A DNA stretch of 63,855 nt, the filler included, from Octopus bimaculoides (lineage: Eukaryota): the NCBI RefSeq assembly GCF_001194135.2. It is 6 parts of 6 records of this genome, joined end to end, with 100 filler letters (N's around TTAATTAATTAA, not from the genome) between each part and the next. Parts side by side here need not be neighbours in the genome. Positions count along the whole stretch, not along the records: positions 2,787 to 33,238 come from NC_068997.1; positions 33,339 to 36,898 come from NW_026328905.1; 4 more parts are not named here. The stretch is one strand, 5' to 3'. Positions 22,769-36,287 of the stretch are shown here, piece by piece. The notes under the pieces were generated by a model that was not told where the DNA came from, made no database searches, and was given only the letters and a program-made list of their open reading frames with translations. A program made the position numbers and the translations under genes. How positions within the stretch are numbered: the stretch's first letter is position 1; each line of letters begins with the position of its first letter.

Positions 22769-23702
22769 GTCACAATTCGTGAAACCATCAACTAGATATT
22801 CCTAACAAAGAAAGGTTTGTTCAGTAATTCTTATTTTTTTTTATAAGAAGGCAGCAGCAGCAGCAGATAGTGAAGATAAGTACCAGTGACAATCACTGAT
22901 TCTTTGCAGCCTCCCTTTCACCCTATCTGTTTACATCTGTGTACATCACTTCTAAAAATTATGGCAAGTTTTAGGGAATTACCATCACTATATTAGAGGT
23001 CACCCTAAAACTGCATACTGAAACTGTTACCATTCTCTCTTTAGATTGCTCATTTCCCAAATGTAAAAACTGAATTGAGATTATTGCTGCAATTTAACCT
23101 CATAGTTATAGATTTACAGAGCTGGTATCACTTACCTTAGTTTGTTGTAGAGTCATCACTATGAAACTCCATTCCATTCCAAGCTAAAAAAATTACACAT
23201 TTGATTACGTACTATAATCATGGCTCAAATTCAGAGCTGTTGCAGTTATTCCTACACTTGGGACAAGCAAACACAACAACTGTAGATATTGCCAAACTAA
23301 CCACCCCTCCTAATTTATTTGGAATTGACTGTAAAATAGCATAAGCAAACAAAAAATATCACTCAGGTTGTAGGGATCAAACTTGGTCCTTCTTTTTTCC
23401 TTGCAACAAAAGACTATAATGCATTGTGCTAATTCAAGACTGTCCACTGTTGATTCTAATTAAAATTTTTGACATTACTGGAACATTCAAAACCAATAGC
23501 TCTTTGGTTGTTATTTTCTCTGTTGTAGATATCATTCATCTTAAATGATAACTTTTTCCTCAAGGTTTTTGTATCATTGCACTGTTTGTTTGGTAATAGA
23601 TTTCTTTGGCTTTCTGACTCTGAAATGTTCCTTGTAGAAGAAGATATATAAAGTCATTGAAAAAATAATAGGTTTAAAAAAAAAAAAAATTTTAAGTTAA
23701 AG

Positions 23703-23868
23703 AGGCACAGGAGTAGCTGTGTGGTAAGTAGCTTGCTTACCAACCACATGGTTCCGGGTTCAGTCCCACTGCATGGCATCTTGGGCAAGTGTCTTCTGCT
23801 ATAGCCTCGGGCCGACCAAAGCCTTGTGAGTGGATTTGGTAGACGGAAACTGAAAGAAGGCTGTCGTA

Positions 23869-23913
<45 letters not shown>

Positions 23914-24119
23914 ATGTTTGTGTGTCTGTGTTTGTCCCCCCTAGCATTGCTTGACAACCGATGCTGGTGTGTTTATGTCCCCGTAACTTAGCAATTCGGC
24001 AACAGAGACCGATAGAATAAGTACTAGGCTTACAAAGAATAAGTTCTGGGGTCGATTTGCTCGACTAAAGGTGGTGCTCCAGCATGGCTGCAGTCAAATG
24101 ACTGAAACAAGTAAAAGAG
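23703..24119 (+). mobile_element. SINE family A, full length
   Basis: A-box-like TAGCTGTGTGGT, B-box-like GGTTCAGTCC, (TA)/(TG) middle, AAGTAAAAGAG tail. Confidence 0.9.
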
Positions 24120-24309
24120 TATCAGGGGACTTAAGTATATATTTGATATTTAAGCTACCGCCAACTAGTGGGTACTGGTAGAATATCCATGGATGTTAAA
24201 TATTCATTTTTATAGTTAATTACTTGTTGCAAACTACATTCATCCACTAGTTTAACATCCATTTTTTCCATGCTGTCACAGGTTTGACTTGAATAAAATG
24301 TTCTCCTTT

Positions 24310-24545
24310 CATATATCATCATTTAACGTCCACTATCCATGCTGGCATGAATTGGACAGCTTGGCTGGAGCTGGCAAGTCAGAGAGCTGCACCATGCAAC
24401 AATTGTCTGTTTTGACAAGTTTCTACAGCAGGATGCCCTTCCTAATGCCAACCACTTTACTGAGTGTAGTGTGTACTTTTTGCATAGCACCAGTACAAGA
24501 GCTTTTTTATGTGACACTAGCACAGGTACTTTTCACATAGCACCT
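24310..24545 (-). mobile_element. Family E copy
   Basis: CATCATTTAACGTCC..GGATGCCCTTCCTAATGCCAACC. Confidence 0.7.
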
Positions 24546-24558
24546 TGTATTGTGTGTA

Positions 24559-24609
<51 letters not shown>

Positions 24610-24726
24610 NNNNNNNNNNATTTCCAAGTATCATAGGTCAACTGACTAAACAACCTGTCAGTTCTTCCATAAAATTCAAACATACTAAAAGTATCATAGC
24701 AACTAAATGCCAAGGGCACAGAAAAA

Positions 24727-24760
<34 letters not shown>

Positions 24761-25099
24761 GATGGAGGTGGAGGTACACTGATTATAATATTAACAGATG
24801 ATGATGATGATGATGATGATGATGATCTTTGATTCATTCCACAGTGCACTTGTAGGTTTTTCTCCTTAGCTTTTGAAATTATCTTCCTGCACAAGCATTT
24901 CACTTTAGTAATTATTTATAACGCATTTGTAATTGCCAAGGTGAATGTACGAATCCCTCATATTGTGATTATTCCCTTCGTCAGTAACGATTGAGAATGC
25001 TGACCGGGGAACTCATCACCATCATCATCATCATCGTAAAGTTCCATCAAAGTAGAGCTGGTGATGTGTACTCTTAGAACACTATAAATCTAAATATCT

Positions 25100-25340
25100 T
25101 CTTTGTTGCTCATAAAATTTTACTGGAGAACAGCTGAAAGCATCATCTACTGCATTGCAGTATGGTACAGTGTATGTGTATGTTGCATTCCTGATGAAGG
25201 AGAACACACAATATTTAAGACTGTAACCTCTCTTACTGAAATTGTTACATCTACTAGAAAACAGCTATTTATTCAAACCAGGACAACAGGTTCAAAAAGT
25301 GTTTCTGCCTCAGGGGATATCATACACCTCACTAATATTT
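25100..25340 (+). mobile_element. Rex1/Babar-like LINE 3' fragment
   Basis: LIKFYWRTAESIIYCIAVWYS..IQTRTT..IIHLTN resembles the recalled FYRxTIESILTYCITVWYG..RTxR..AIRLLN. Confidence 0.55.
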
Positions 25341-25589
25341 AAGATGTATATGAGTATNNNNNNNNNNNNNNNNNNNNNNNNNNNNNNNNNNNNNNNNNNN
25401 NNNNNNNNNNNNNNNNNNNNNNNNNNNNNNNNNNNNNNNNNNNNNNNNNNNNNNNNNGCGGACGTTAAACGATGATGATGATGATGATGATACATACATA
25501 CATACAAGGCCAACTACTTTAGACTGCAGACTGAGTGCTTGCTTTGTTACCCCATGCACTATGCATGGTGACATCAATAATGCAGGGGT

Positions 25590-26680
25590 ACAAAAGAAGC
25601 ACCCAGCCTATGCTGTAAAGTTGTAAGGAAGTGTATCAAGCTGTAAAAACCATTCCAAACCCAACCGTAGACTATGATGAAGTCCTTGGATCCATTGGAT
25701 CTTTGTCCAACCCATGCCAACATGGAACATGGATGTTAAATGATGATGATAATATGTTACATTTCAAAAATGTTTCATCTACTCATTCCATTGAGAAGGC
25801 ATTGGTCAACCAATAGAAGAAACTTTCCCAATATGCTGCATAGTCAGACTAAACATGACTTATGTGGTTGCAGAGAGAATTTCTTCACCATGAAATGGTT
25901 AGAAATTCAGCATTAGGAAGGGCATCCAGCTGTAAAAACCATGCTACAACAGACAGTTGGAGTCTTGAGAGCTCCCCAGCTAGCTAGCTTCATGTCAAAC
26001 TGTCCAACCCATGCCAGCATGGAAAATGGATGTTAATGATGAGTACACATCATCATCATCATTATCCTTGGTTTTTGCCATGCTTGCATGAGTTGGATAG
26101 GACTCTTCGATGCAGTGTTTTATGGTTGAATGCTTTTCCTGAAGTCAGTCCTTTTAGTTGCCCCTTATGACATGCTTATTCTAAAAACCTGGACACATAT
26201 ATTTGTGTGTGTGTGTGTGTGCATAAGTGTATGTATACATATTTGTATATCTTTAGCATCTGCTTTCCATGCTGGTATGGGTTAAACAGTTTGACTGGGA
26301 CTGGTAAGCTGGAGTGCTGTGCCAGGTTCCGGGCTGATGTGTCTTGGTTTCTATGGCTGGATGCCCTTCCTAATACCAACCACTCCAAGAATGTAGTAGG
26401 TGCCTTTTATGTGCCACTAGCACTGGCCATAACTATGATTTCACGTGGCTTCACAAGTCTTCTCAAGAACAGCAAATCACCCAAGGTCTCAATCACTTGT
26501 CATTGCCTCTGTGAAACCCAACATTCAAAGATTGTGCTTCACCACCTCATCCCGTGTATTCCTGTGTCTACTTCTTCCACAGGTTCCCTCCACAATTACA
26601 GACCAGCACTTCTTTATGCAGCTGTCCTTGTCCACGTGCAGCTTGACACAGATGTGTGCATGCACACACACACATACAGA
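25590..26680. mobile_element. Cluster of family E copies in both orientations
   Basis: + copies near 25590-25750 and 25905-26045; - copy near 26240-26680. Confidence 0.65.
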
Positions 26681-26695
26681 GGCAGGCCAACCTGC

Positions 26696-26727
<32 letters not shown>

Positions 26728-27241
26728 ATTATATCTACCTATGTGTATGTATATATGTATATATAATTACATAATTAACAATTAAATGACATCGGAAAAT
26801 AGCAAAATAATATAGTAGGAGTACAACATAAAACAATAAAAAGAAACAAAATCTCAGCTGTTTCCTCTTCTACTTTTTAGTTCAATTGGAAATAGAGGAA
26901 AAACTGGTTGTCTCTTCTCTCTCCCTCTTCATCTTTTATCTACCATTTTTTTTTTCGTATTGCCAATGTTTCTTTCTCTCCATCAATGTCCTTTAGAGAA
27001 CACCCACTTACGTGGCCAATATTTTTACACTACCTTTGTAGCTCTTGTATTGTCTTTCACCTCATCGTCTCTGATTGAAGTTCATTTTATCTCCTAATTG
27101 GTAGAGTTGCTTTACAGGTTGGTTTGGTCCTCTTAAATCTAGCAGGTTTGGAAGGGAATTCTTATGTAAACACAATCTTACCATCTCATTCCACACACAC
27201 ACACACTTATATGTGTGTGTGTTTGTGTGTATATAAATATA

Positions 27242-27294
<53 letters not shown>

Positions 27295-27296
<2 letters not shown>

Positions 27297-27450
27297 GCAG
27301 GCATGGCTGTGTGGTAAGAAGCTTGCTTCCAAACCACATGGTTCTGGGTTCAGTCCCACTGTGTGACACATTGGGCAAGTATCTTCTACTATAGCCTGGG
27401 GCTGCCCAAAGCCTTGTGAGTGGACAGAATCCTAAAGAAGCCCATTGTAT
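27295..27450 (+). mobile_element. SINE family A 5' half
   Basis: AGGTGCAGGCATGGCTGTGTGGTAAG..GGGTTCAGTCCC. Confidence 0.8.
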
Positions 27451-27461
27451 GTATATAAATA

Positions 27462-27591
27462 TATATATCCAAACTTTTAATTTTTTTAATTTAAGAGAGA
27501 GGTTTGACGCTAATATCCATTATTAATGTAATTAATAATGGATATTAGCGTCAAATCTCTTAAATTTAAAAATTTTAAACTTTGGATATAT
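27462..27591. repeat. Palindrome (perfect 25-bp core arms 27503-27527 / 27531-27555)
   Basis: TTTGACGCTAATATCCATTATTAAT-GTA-reverse complement, with imperfect extension. Confidence 0.9.
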
Positions 27592-27676
27592 AAACAAGGA
27601 GAACAATCCCTAAGGAGTCTAATCTAGACTTTTTTGCGGTGAAATCTCCTGCTATATTGGTAACGATTACATAGTT

Positions 27677-28109
27677 GGATCTATTTTAAAACGGGGGCCA
27701 CATTTTTCATTAATGTTTTACGTAGTGTTTTTGGTACGGAAAGACTTTCAAACTTCGTATACTTATTTATTTTGTGTTATAGAACAGAAAAATATTTTTG
27801 TATTCGAATTTATTTCATGTAAAAAATTGTCTTATTTCGATAATTTCAACCAATCACTGACAAGTATTCAGTTGTTTACATTTACTCCTTTGGTGTAAAG
27901 AGTATTTAATCTCCATACCTTCGTTTNNNNNNNNNNNNNNNNNNNNNNNNNNNNNNNNNNNNNNNNNNNNNNNNNNNNNNNNNNNNNNNNNNNNNNNNNN
28001 NNNNGAAGACTAAGAGAAAAAGATGTTTTATATGACACATTCTACCAGTGTTCCAAGTTTCAAAGTGTTTCGTTAATGAAAAATGTGGCCCCCGTTTTAA
28101 AAAAGATCC
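27677..28109. mobile_element. Non-autonomous Merlin-like MITE with 8-bp TSD
   Basis: 37-bp TIRs GGATCTATTTTAAAACGGGGGCCACATTTTTCATTAA; TSD ACATAGTT at 27669-27676 and 28110-28117. A GG start with an 8-bp TSD fits Merlin. Confidence 0.7.
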
Positions 28110-28125
28110 ACATAGTTTTCTATGA

Positions 28126-28161
<36 letters not shown>

Positions 28162-28257
28162 TACTACAGTGTAGGATTATTCTTGGTTGATGTGATCATA
28201 AGAAGAATGAAACATTTTCAGATTTGTCTAACATACTTGCTGAAATGATTTAAGTAA

Positions 28258-28480
28258 TATTGGTTTCAAATTTTGGCACAAGGCCAACAATTTTGGGAGA
28301 GGTGGAGCAAACCGATTGCATGAACCCCAGTGTTCTACTAGTACTTTTCTTATTAACCCTGGAAAGATGAAAGGCAAAGTCAACCTCGGTGGAATTTGAA
28401 CATCAGAATGTTAAGACATGAAATGCTGTTAAGCACTTTGCCTGGCAGGCTAATGATGATCCTGCCAGCCCGTCACCTAA
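28258..28480 (-). mobile_element. SINE family B
   Basis: GAAAGATGAAAGGCAAAGTCAACCTCGGTGGAATTTGAAC. Confidence 0.7.
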
Positions 28481-29245
28481 TATTAAAGTAATATTAGTAA
28501 TTTGCTACCATTGTTATTTCTTTAGTTTCTTTAGTTATTTTGGTGGTGTTTCAAATATGTTAATACTAACTTAATTATCAAATTCAACCTGCTTGGATGT
28601 TAGCCATTTTTAAACCCATTTTTTTTTCTGTTTAAGTTTTTTTTTCTCTTTTTTTTCCTAATTATCTTTTTACAATTATTTCACAGTGCTAACCGGAGAT
28701 ACATGCTTCTGCTGTAAACTGAAACTTCATTGTTCATTGTAGGAGAGTCACATGGTTATTGCTTTCAAAGGCTGATCCATTTACCATAAAGTAGTAAGCA
28801 CTGAAGTGGTGGGGTTTTTGACTAACTGATGTGTATCTTATCTATACAAAGAACAGACACACAAAAAAAAAAAAAACCCCCAGACAATGGTTACAGTGAG
28901 ACTTAAATTCTAGGAATCCCATATTTTATGTTATTTAACTTTCGTGCCTTTAACTAGTTATTAATAACCTCAATAAAATACTAAAGATTCACGCTCCAGG
29001 ATATAGACATATTTTGTGGTCAAGTAGGTTGTGGCTGATGTTGTTTAGCCCTAGGTCAGTCTTGAGCCAGTAAACTTAGGTGCAAAGATATTCTACCTGT
29101 GATTATCCAGTTTTTGTCTTTTTACTTTCAATCTCAGATATATCATAAAATATGTACCTCTTATTTTGAGACAGTAGAGTATGGCTTGAGAAAAGTTTTG
29201 ATCATCTTACTGCACACTGAACATGCAGTGATACATCCTGTAGTG

Positions 29246-29567
29246 CAGGGGCTCTCAACCATTTTTGATCTATGAACTCCTTTCATTACTATTTTATTCT
29301 GGTGGACTCCCCCATAATCATTTGATGTTTAAAAAACTAGTTTTATGGAAACTTTTGTCAAACTTCCAATTTTCTTTTCCACACATTAACCTGTGTAGGT
29401 TGAACAATGTAAAATGTTAAAGAAAGAAACCTTGCTGTTTCTTGCAATACATACATCTGAAGCAAAATTTTTTCAGGGGGCTCTTAAGATACTATTTTGG
29501 TTCCTCAATTTACTATTTTGTTACATGGACCCTCAGGAGCCATATGGACTCCGGTTGAGAACCACTG
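29246..29567. mobile_element. hAT (Charlie-like) MITE
   Basis: TIRs CAGGGGCTCTCAACC / GGTTGAGAACCACTG; 8-bp TSD CTGTAGTG / CTGTAGAG. Confidence 0.8.
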
Positions 29568-29639
29568 CTGTAGAGTATGTTGTGACAGTCTGAACAGTAT
29601 AATGTTTCTTGTTATGACCGTATCACTAAAGCATAGCCT

Positions 29640-30445
29640 TACTTAATTTACCAACCCCCAAAAAGGATAAAAGGCAAAGTTGACCTTGGCAGCATTTAAC
29701 GAATGAAATGCCACTAAGGATTTTGTCTGGCATGCAAATGATTCTGCCATCTCGCCGCCGTAATAATGATAATAATAGTAATAATAATAATAGGCACAAG
29801 GCCTGACATTTTAGGGGAGGAGGCTAGTTGATTGCATCAACCTCAGTACTCAACTGGTACTTAATTTATTGACCCCGAAAGGATGAAAGGCAAAGACGAC
29901 CTTGGCAGAACTTGAACTTGGAACATAAAGACAGATGAAATGCTGCTAATCATTTTGCCCAGCATGCTAACGATTCTACCAGCTTGCCTGAAAAACATTT
30001 GAAAACTTTATAAATAGCCTACAAACAATCTAGGTGTATTGCAAAAGTAGGCATTACTTGGAACTGCACGCATATTGCGTAAAGTACTGTCTGTCTGAGG
30101 TCCTTGTTGTGACTTGACAAACAGTACAAATCCCTGGTAGACACAATATCTTCAATCAACAATCTCATAATCTTATGTACAGTGCGACATCTATAATAAT
30201 ATTATTAATAATAATAATCCTTTCTACTAAAGGCTCAAGGCCTGAAATTTTTGGGGAAAGGACTAATTGATTACAATCTTTTCTAATATAGGCACAGTCT
30301 GAAATTTGGTGGGAGTGGGGGCTGTACTTCAACAGGTATTTATTTCATCAACCCTGAAAGGATGAAAAGCAAAGTCAACCTCAAATGTGAAGCTGGAAAA
30401 AATCCTGCTAAACATTTTGTCCAGCATGCTAACAATTCTGCCAGC
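29640..30445 (-). mobile_element. Three degraded SINE family B copies
   Basis: Near 29640-29760, 29785-29990 and 30220-30445; (TAA)n tails. Confidence 0.7.
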
Positions 30446-30463
30446 CCATAGCCTTAATAATGA

Positions 30464-30684
30464 TTTTTGTAAGACCCCCACTTCCACTACAATGTGACAA
30501 TAGTTTTTGCTCTGAAAGTTAAGGCTGAGTGAATGTGTTTAGTGACAGTCACAAAAAATCAAAGCTCTCTAAATTTAATTTGTCCACTTGACATATTAAA
30601 TTTAGAGGGCTTTGGTTGTTTGGGACTGTCACTAGACATATTCACTCAGCTTTGACATTGTAGTGGGGTAGGGTCTTACAAAAA
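30464..30684. repeat. Imperfect fold-back, ~110-bp arms, 5-nt loop
   Basis: TTTTGTAAGACCC..TGTC-CACTT-GACA..GGGTCTTACAAAA. Confidence 0.85.
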
Positions 30685-31454
30685 CCTCTAAGCCAAACAC
30701 ACGACCATCCTCTGCCAATCAGATTGTATCCTAAACAGATACTAATTTGAGCCATGTTCTCTCCATAAAAACAAGTGAATTTTCAAACTCCTGTCAGAAG
30801 CAAGACAATGTGGTATAGTCCCACCTCTTTCTATTTTAACTTTTAAAAATCAGAAAAATCTGTGAAATCAGTTAAGCCTTTAAAAATAAACCATATGAAA
30901 GACTCCCAGTGCACTTTTTCAACTTCTTTATACATTATAACTGAAAAGCTCTGATTTTCAGTACTTAAAGCTGCTTGTTTCCGATCATCAGCTGTAAACC
31001 AAGCCTGGTTTTTTTTTCAATATCCACTGCCTGAATATTTTTTGAAATATGAAAATGTAAGTTTGAAGGAAACACATATCCTTATATTCTTTCATTTAAA
31101 AACCTTTGTGAACAACATATATGAAAACAGCTACTTCAAGCTCATGCTTTTGATCTTATATCTGGCTCTTCTGGTATTATTATTATTATATGTCATAATC
31201 TCTATACAATCAGTCATGAAATTGCATTGCTGTTTGAGCAATGTTCCAGAATAATACTTTTAATTAATGTTTTTGAAAACAATGAGTGTGTATGTGGGTG
31301 TTCCTTTTGCATTTGCCTGTGCAGACACATGCATATATATATACATACATGCACATAGATACACAGAATTATATATTCATGTATACATACATGTATACCT
31401 ATACACATATGTTTATACGCATGTACTTATGTATGCATTTTAAAAACCATTTTT

Positions 31455-32030
31455 TTTCTGAACCAGAACTAAATTGAAGGAGGCCTATATTTGCATAAAA
31501 GATACTTAACCATTTGCATACAAGGTGTTAACAGTTCATTTCTTTTGTTCAAACTATTGTTGCCTTGAGTCAAAATTTTCAGTTTTTTGCTCATATGAAG
31601 GTTACAATGAATTTTTGATTTGAAGCTCGTGTTCCTGTAAAATTGTGCATTATCTACAATAGACCAGGTAATTTTGAATTCATGAGGTCTTGTCTCACAC
31701 AAGAACTATATAAATTTTGACAAAGCTGTAGCACATTCTTTGATGGGGCTGACAAATGTATATATACACTTGTAATAACGGTTTTTGAATTGAGTTCCAT
31801 TGTTCCAATATATATTTTAGGCTGATCACTGTTGTTTGTTTCAGCCTTTGCACTGTATATTATTAACTTTGCCAGACAGTTACCATTGAGTGGGCAGTTC
31901 TCATGAATTCTAAAGTTGCATGATCTTTGTTGGGTAACTATTTGCATCTCTTTCCTATTCAATCTTTGTATAGCACCTAAAATTTTTGCAAGCTGAATAG
32001 CTAACCGTAACACGGTTCTTATTCAATATT
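31455..32030 (-). mobile_element. Penelope-like element C-terminal GIY-YIG fragment (type 1)
   Basis: NCPLNGNCL..IIYSAK..KIYIGT..FK; ITWSIV..CNL..KL.IL..LNKRNEL..C. Confidence 0.8.
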
Positions 32031-32269
32031 TTTCTATACTTATACCCTGAAGGAAAATGGTGATCTATTAAATGAAAGAACATTTCCTTAAAATTTTCAT
32101 TTCGTATTTCAAAAACTATCCAGACAGTGGATATTCAAAGAAAACCAGGTTCAGTTTAGTAGTTGATGGTGGGAAATATATTAAAGAATACTCTACATTT
32201 GTATTGAATCCTGGTGAATCAGCAGAGATTTATATATATATATAACATGCCATTGTCACGTTAAAAGCA

Positions 32270-32640
32270 CCTAGCATGCTCTGTATAGTGGTAGTCATAG
32301 GATCGCGGTTTCGATTCCCAGACCGGGCCTTGTGAGTGTTTATTGAGCGAAAACACCTAAAAGGTCCACGAGGCTCTGGCAGGGGATGGTGGCGAACCCT
32401 GCTGTATTCTTTCACCACAACTTTCTCTCACTTTTTCTTTCTGTTTCTGTTGTGCCTGTATTTCAAAGGGCCAGCCTTGTCACACTGTGTCACTCTGAAT
32501 ATCCCCGAGAGCTACGTTAAGGGTACATGTGTCTGTGGAGTGCTCAGCCACTTGCACATTAATTTCACGAGCGGGCTGTTCCGTTGATCGGATCAACTGG
32601 AACCCTCGTCGTCGTAAGCGACGGAGTGCCAACAACAATA
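32270..32640 (+). mobile_element. tRNA-SINE sharing its 3' half with family D
   Basis: GGTTTCGATTCCC B box; tail ..GATCAACTGGAACCCTCGTCGTCGTAAGCGACGGAGTGCCAAC. Confidence 0.7.
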
Positions 32641-33084
32641 TATTGTTTCTGATATAAATTAATATTATTAAGAAATATTACTGGTCCCTGACACACTGGA
32701 AAAAAACTGCCGGTATGCCACATCAGATAGTTTGAGAAGCACTGATCTCGAGGTAGCAGTGAGTTTTGATATTGGTTGAGTTGATTATTGAGCATAGCAT
32801 TTTGGTTGAAATTCCTGGTTTAAATTGATTTTAAGTGTTTTCATTTTCAGTGGTTATTGATTTTTTTTTTTACATTTCTTTTTGTGTTTATCTTCTGATT
32901 GTGTGAGAATGATTTTATCTCACTACTTTCCATATTGGTGCCTGAGGAAAGTCATTAGACTTGAAATGTTGATATCTACATATGGTTCTATGAAAGATAA
33001 AATGTTTTTTTTCTATACATTGGAAAATATATTATTGAGTTCTCTATTGTATGACTTGTTTGCCTAGTCTTTGGATTAAGAGTC

Positions 33085-33238
33085 ATATCTATCTATCTAT
33101 CTCCGAGTTTATTTATATATTTATATATATATATATATCCAAGTTTATTTATATATATATATATATCCAAGTTTATTTATATATATATATATATCCAAGT
33201 TTATTTATATATATATATATATCCAAGTTTATTTATAT
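33085..33238. repeat. ~26-30-bp minisatellite (TCCAAGTTTATT(TA)n)
   Basis: About five copies running into a gap. Confidence 0.85.
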
Positions 33239-33338
33239 NNNNNNNNNNNNNNNNNNNNNNNNNNNNNNNNNNNNNNNNNNNNTTAATTAATTAANNNNNN
33301 NNNNNNNNNNNNNNNNNNNNNNNNNNNNNNNNNNNNNN

Positions 33339-33495
33339 TACGACAGACTTTCAGTTTTCCTCTAGCAAGTCCACTCAGAAGGCTTTGGTCAGTCCGAAGT
33401 TGTAGTAGAAGACACTTGTCCAAGGTGCCATGCACTGTAACTGAACTCAGGACCATGTGGTTGGAGAGCAAGCTTCTTACCACACAGCCATGTTG
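33339..33495 (-). mobile_element. SINE family A 5' half
   Basis: Reverse complement of the family A head. Confidence 0.7.
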
Positions 33496-33824
33496 GCACC
33501 TACATCTGCAAAGTATTTGAATAAGACTCACAGAACAATTTACGTAAACACATTCGAATGTATAACTTATACAGTATATGCACATACCTTAATGCAAGCA
33601 TACACACAACCATGGATATAACCATAGTACATATTTATTACATATATATACATAACATTTATATATACATACATACATACATACATACAAATATACATAA
33701 ACGGACACTCCATTATAGTAAATAGTCGTTATTTATTCAGTGAAAATTACATGCAACTACATGACTAAAAGTTTACAGTTAAAATATTTGTATAAGTAAT
33801 TATTTTATAAGTAATCTTACGTAC

Positions 33825-33864
<40 letters not shown>

Positions 33865-34752
33865 NNNNNNNNNNNNNNNNNNNNNNNNNNNNNNNNNNNN
33901 NNNNNNNNNNNNNNNNNNNNNNNNNNNNNNNNNNNNNNNNNNNNNNNNNNNNNNNNNNNNNNNNNNNNNNNNNNNNNNNNNNNNNNNNNNNNNNNNNNNN
34001 NNNNNNNNNNNNNNNNNNNNNNNNNNNNNNNNNNNNNNNNNNNNNNNNNNNNNNNNNNNNNNNNNNNNNNNNNNNNNNNNNNNNNNNNNNNNNNNNNNNN
34101 NNNNNNNNNNNNNNNNNNNNNNNNNNNNNNNNNNNNNNNNNNNNNNNNNNNNNNNNNNNNNNNNNNNNNNNNNNNNNNNNNNNNNNNNNNNNNNNNNNNN
34201 NNNNNNNNNNNNNNNNNNNNNNNNNNNNNNNNNNNNNNNNNNNNNNNNNNNNNNNNNNNNNNNNNNNNNNNNNNNNNNNNNNNNNNNNNNNNNNNNNNNN
34301 NNNNNNNNNNNNNNNNNNNNNNNNNNNNNNNNNNNNNNNNNNNNNNNNNNNNNNNNNNNNNNNNNNNNNNNNNNNNNNNNNNNNNNNNNNNNNNNNNNNN
34401 NNNNNNNNNNNNNNNNNNNNNNNNNNNNNNNNNNNNNNNNNNNNNNNNNNNNNNNNNNNNNNNNNNNNNNNNNNNNNNNNNNNNNNNNNNNNNNNNNNNN
34501 NNNNNNNNNNNNNNNNNNNNNNNNNNNNNNNNNNNNNNNNNNNNNNNNNNNNNNNNNNNNNNNNNNNNNNNNNNNNNNNNNNNNNNNNNNNNNNNNNNNN
34601 NNNNNNNNNNNNNNNNNNNNNNNNNNNNNNNNNNNNNNNNNNNNNNNNNNNNNNNNNNNNNNNNNNNNNNNNNNNNNNNNNNNNNNNNNNNNNNNNNNNN
34701 NNNNNNNNNNNNNNNNNNNNNNNNNNNNNNNNNNNNNNNNNNNNNNNNNNNN

Positions 34753-34794
<42 letters not shown>

Positions 34795-34980
34795 TGTGTT
34801 GTAGCTTGATAAACATATGTATAAGATTCTGATCTGTCCATATATACATAAGCATTTCCTGTTTATTTTTCTGCTTGTATATATACAAATACACAGATAT
34901 ATACACAATTATTCACGTATGCATCAGTAAATATGTGTGTATAATTAGAGATAAATACCACAGTACGCCAAACATTGACT

Positions 34981-35320
34981 GAAAGTAGAACTCAATAATG
35001 GTGTTTTGTGTATGATATTAAAATAATTACAGCTGTTGTTTAAATTAGCGACAGAATACGCAAAACTTTGAAATTACCGTCAATGTAATGATTGCGAGAT
35101 CAGTGTGTATATGTCTATGAGGGTGTGTGTATGTATATATATGTGTGTACATACGTAGAGCAGAAAGTAGAACTCAATAATGGGGTTTGTGCATGATATT
35201 ACAATAATTATGGCTGTTGATACTTTCGATTAACTACAGAATACGCAAAACTTTGAAATCACTGTCAATATAATGATTGACAAATGAGTGTGAATGTGTG
35301 TATGAGCGTGTACACATGTT
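34981..35320 (+). repeat. Diverged tandem duplication, ~180-bp unit
   Basis: GAAAGTAGAACTCAATAATGG..CAGAATACGCAAAACTTTGAAAT occurs twice. Confidence 0.85.
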
Positions 35321-35344
35321 TGTGTGTGTGTGCGTGCGTGCATG

Positions 35345-35378
<34 letters not shown>

Positions 35379-36287
35379 CGTGCCTGTGTGTGTGTGCGCG
35401 TGCGTGCGTGTGTTTGTATGTATCTAAGATATAAATTTCTGTCTGTCTGTTACCATCTTAGTGCCTAAACCAGCGGATCAATATTCACGAAACTTTGCAT
35501 ACATATTACACTGACATCCAATTCAATAATAATGCATAATGTGCCCCCCAGGGGCGTTGGGCGAATTATATCATAAAATGAGAAGGTTGCAAAAATGTAT
35601 TAGTCGGAGTTTGAAAGGTAGTAGCAGAGTGAGAGTGACTTATATCAGTGAAGGCAATANNNNNNNNNNNNNNNNNNNNNNNNNNNNNNNNNNNNNNNNN
35701 NNNNNNNNNNNNNNNNNNNNNNNNNNNNNNNNNNNNNNNNNNNNNNNNNNNNNNNNNNNNNNNNNNNNNNNNNNNNNNNNNNNNNNNNNNNNNNNNNNNN
35801 NNNNNNNNNNNNNNNNNNNNNNNNNNNNNNNNNNNNNNNNNNNNNNNNNNNNNNNNNNNNNNNNNNNNNNNNNNNNNNNNNNNNNNNNNNNNNNNNNNNN
35901 NNNNNNNNNNNNNNNNNNNNNNNNNNNNNNNNNNNNNNNNNNNNNNNNNNNNNNNNNNNNNNNNNNNNNNNNNNNNNNNNNNNNNNNNNNNNNNNNNNNN
36001 NNNNNNNNNNNNNNNNACATCCAATTCAATAATAATGCATAATGTGCCCCCCAGGGGCGTTGGGCGAATTATATCATAAAATGAGAAGGTTGCAAAAATG
36101 TATTAGTCGGAGTTTGAAAGGTAGTAGCAGAGTGAGAGTGACTTATATCAGTGAAGGCAATAACAGCGGCGGCAATGGGGTGTAACGTTAATACAGATGT
36201 CATGTACATGCGACGCTGCATATATACTTTCATAAATACATAGATATAACACACACACACAGCTACACACACATTATACTAGTAATA

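Noticed and set aside
23703-23780. tRNA-like A/B boxes as tRNA genes (also the heads of families B, D and H)
   Set aside because: No acceptor stem or full cloverleaf; each continues into a multi-copy SINE body.
25190-25230. Other CTGATGA hits (25194; minus strand about 30985; 53445; 59813)
   Set aside because: No stem II plus GAAA plus stem I combination around them.
33085-33238. Regular repeats resembling a CRISPR array
   Set aside because: No unique spacers, (TA)n-based units, eukaryotic context, no cas genes.
35514-36161. Exact 146-bp direct repeat (35514-35659 / 36018-36161)
   Set aside because: The copies sit on either side of a gap; most likely an unmerged contig overlap.
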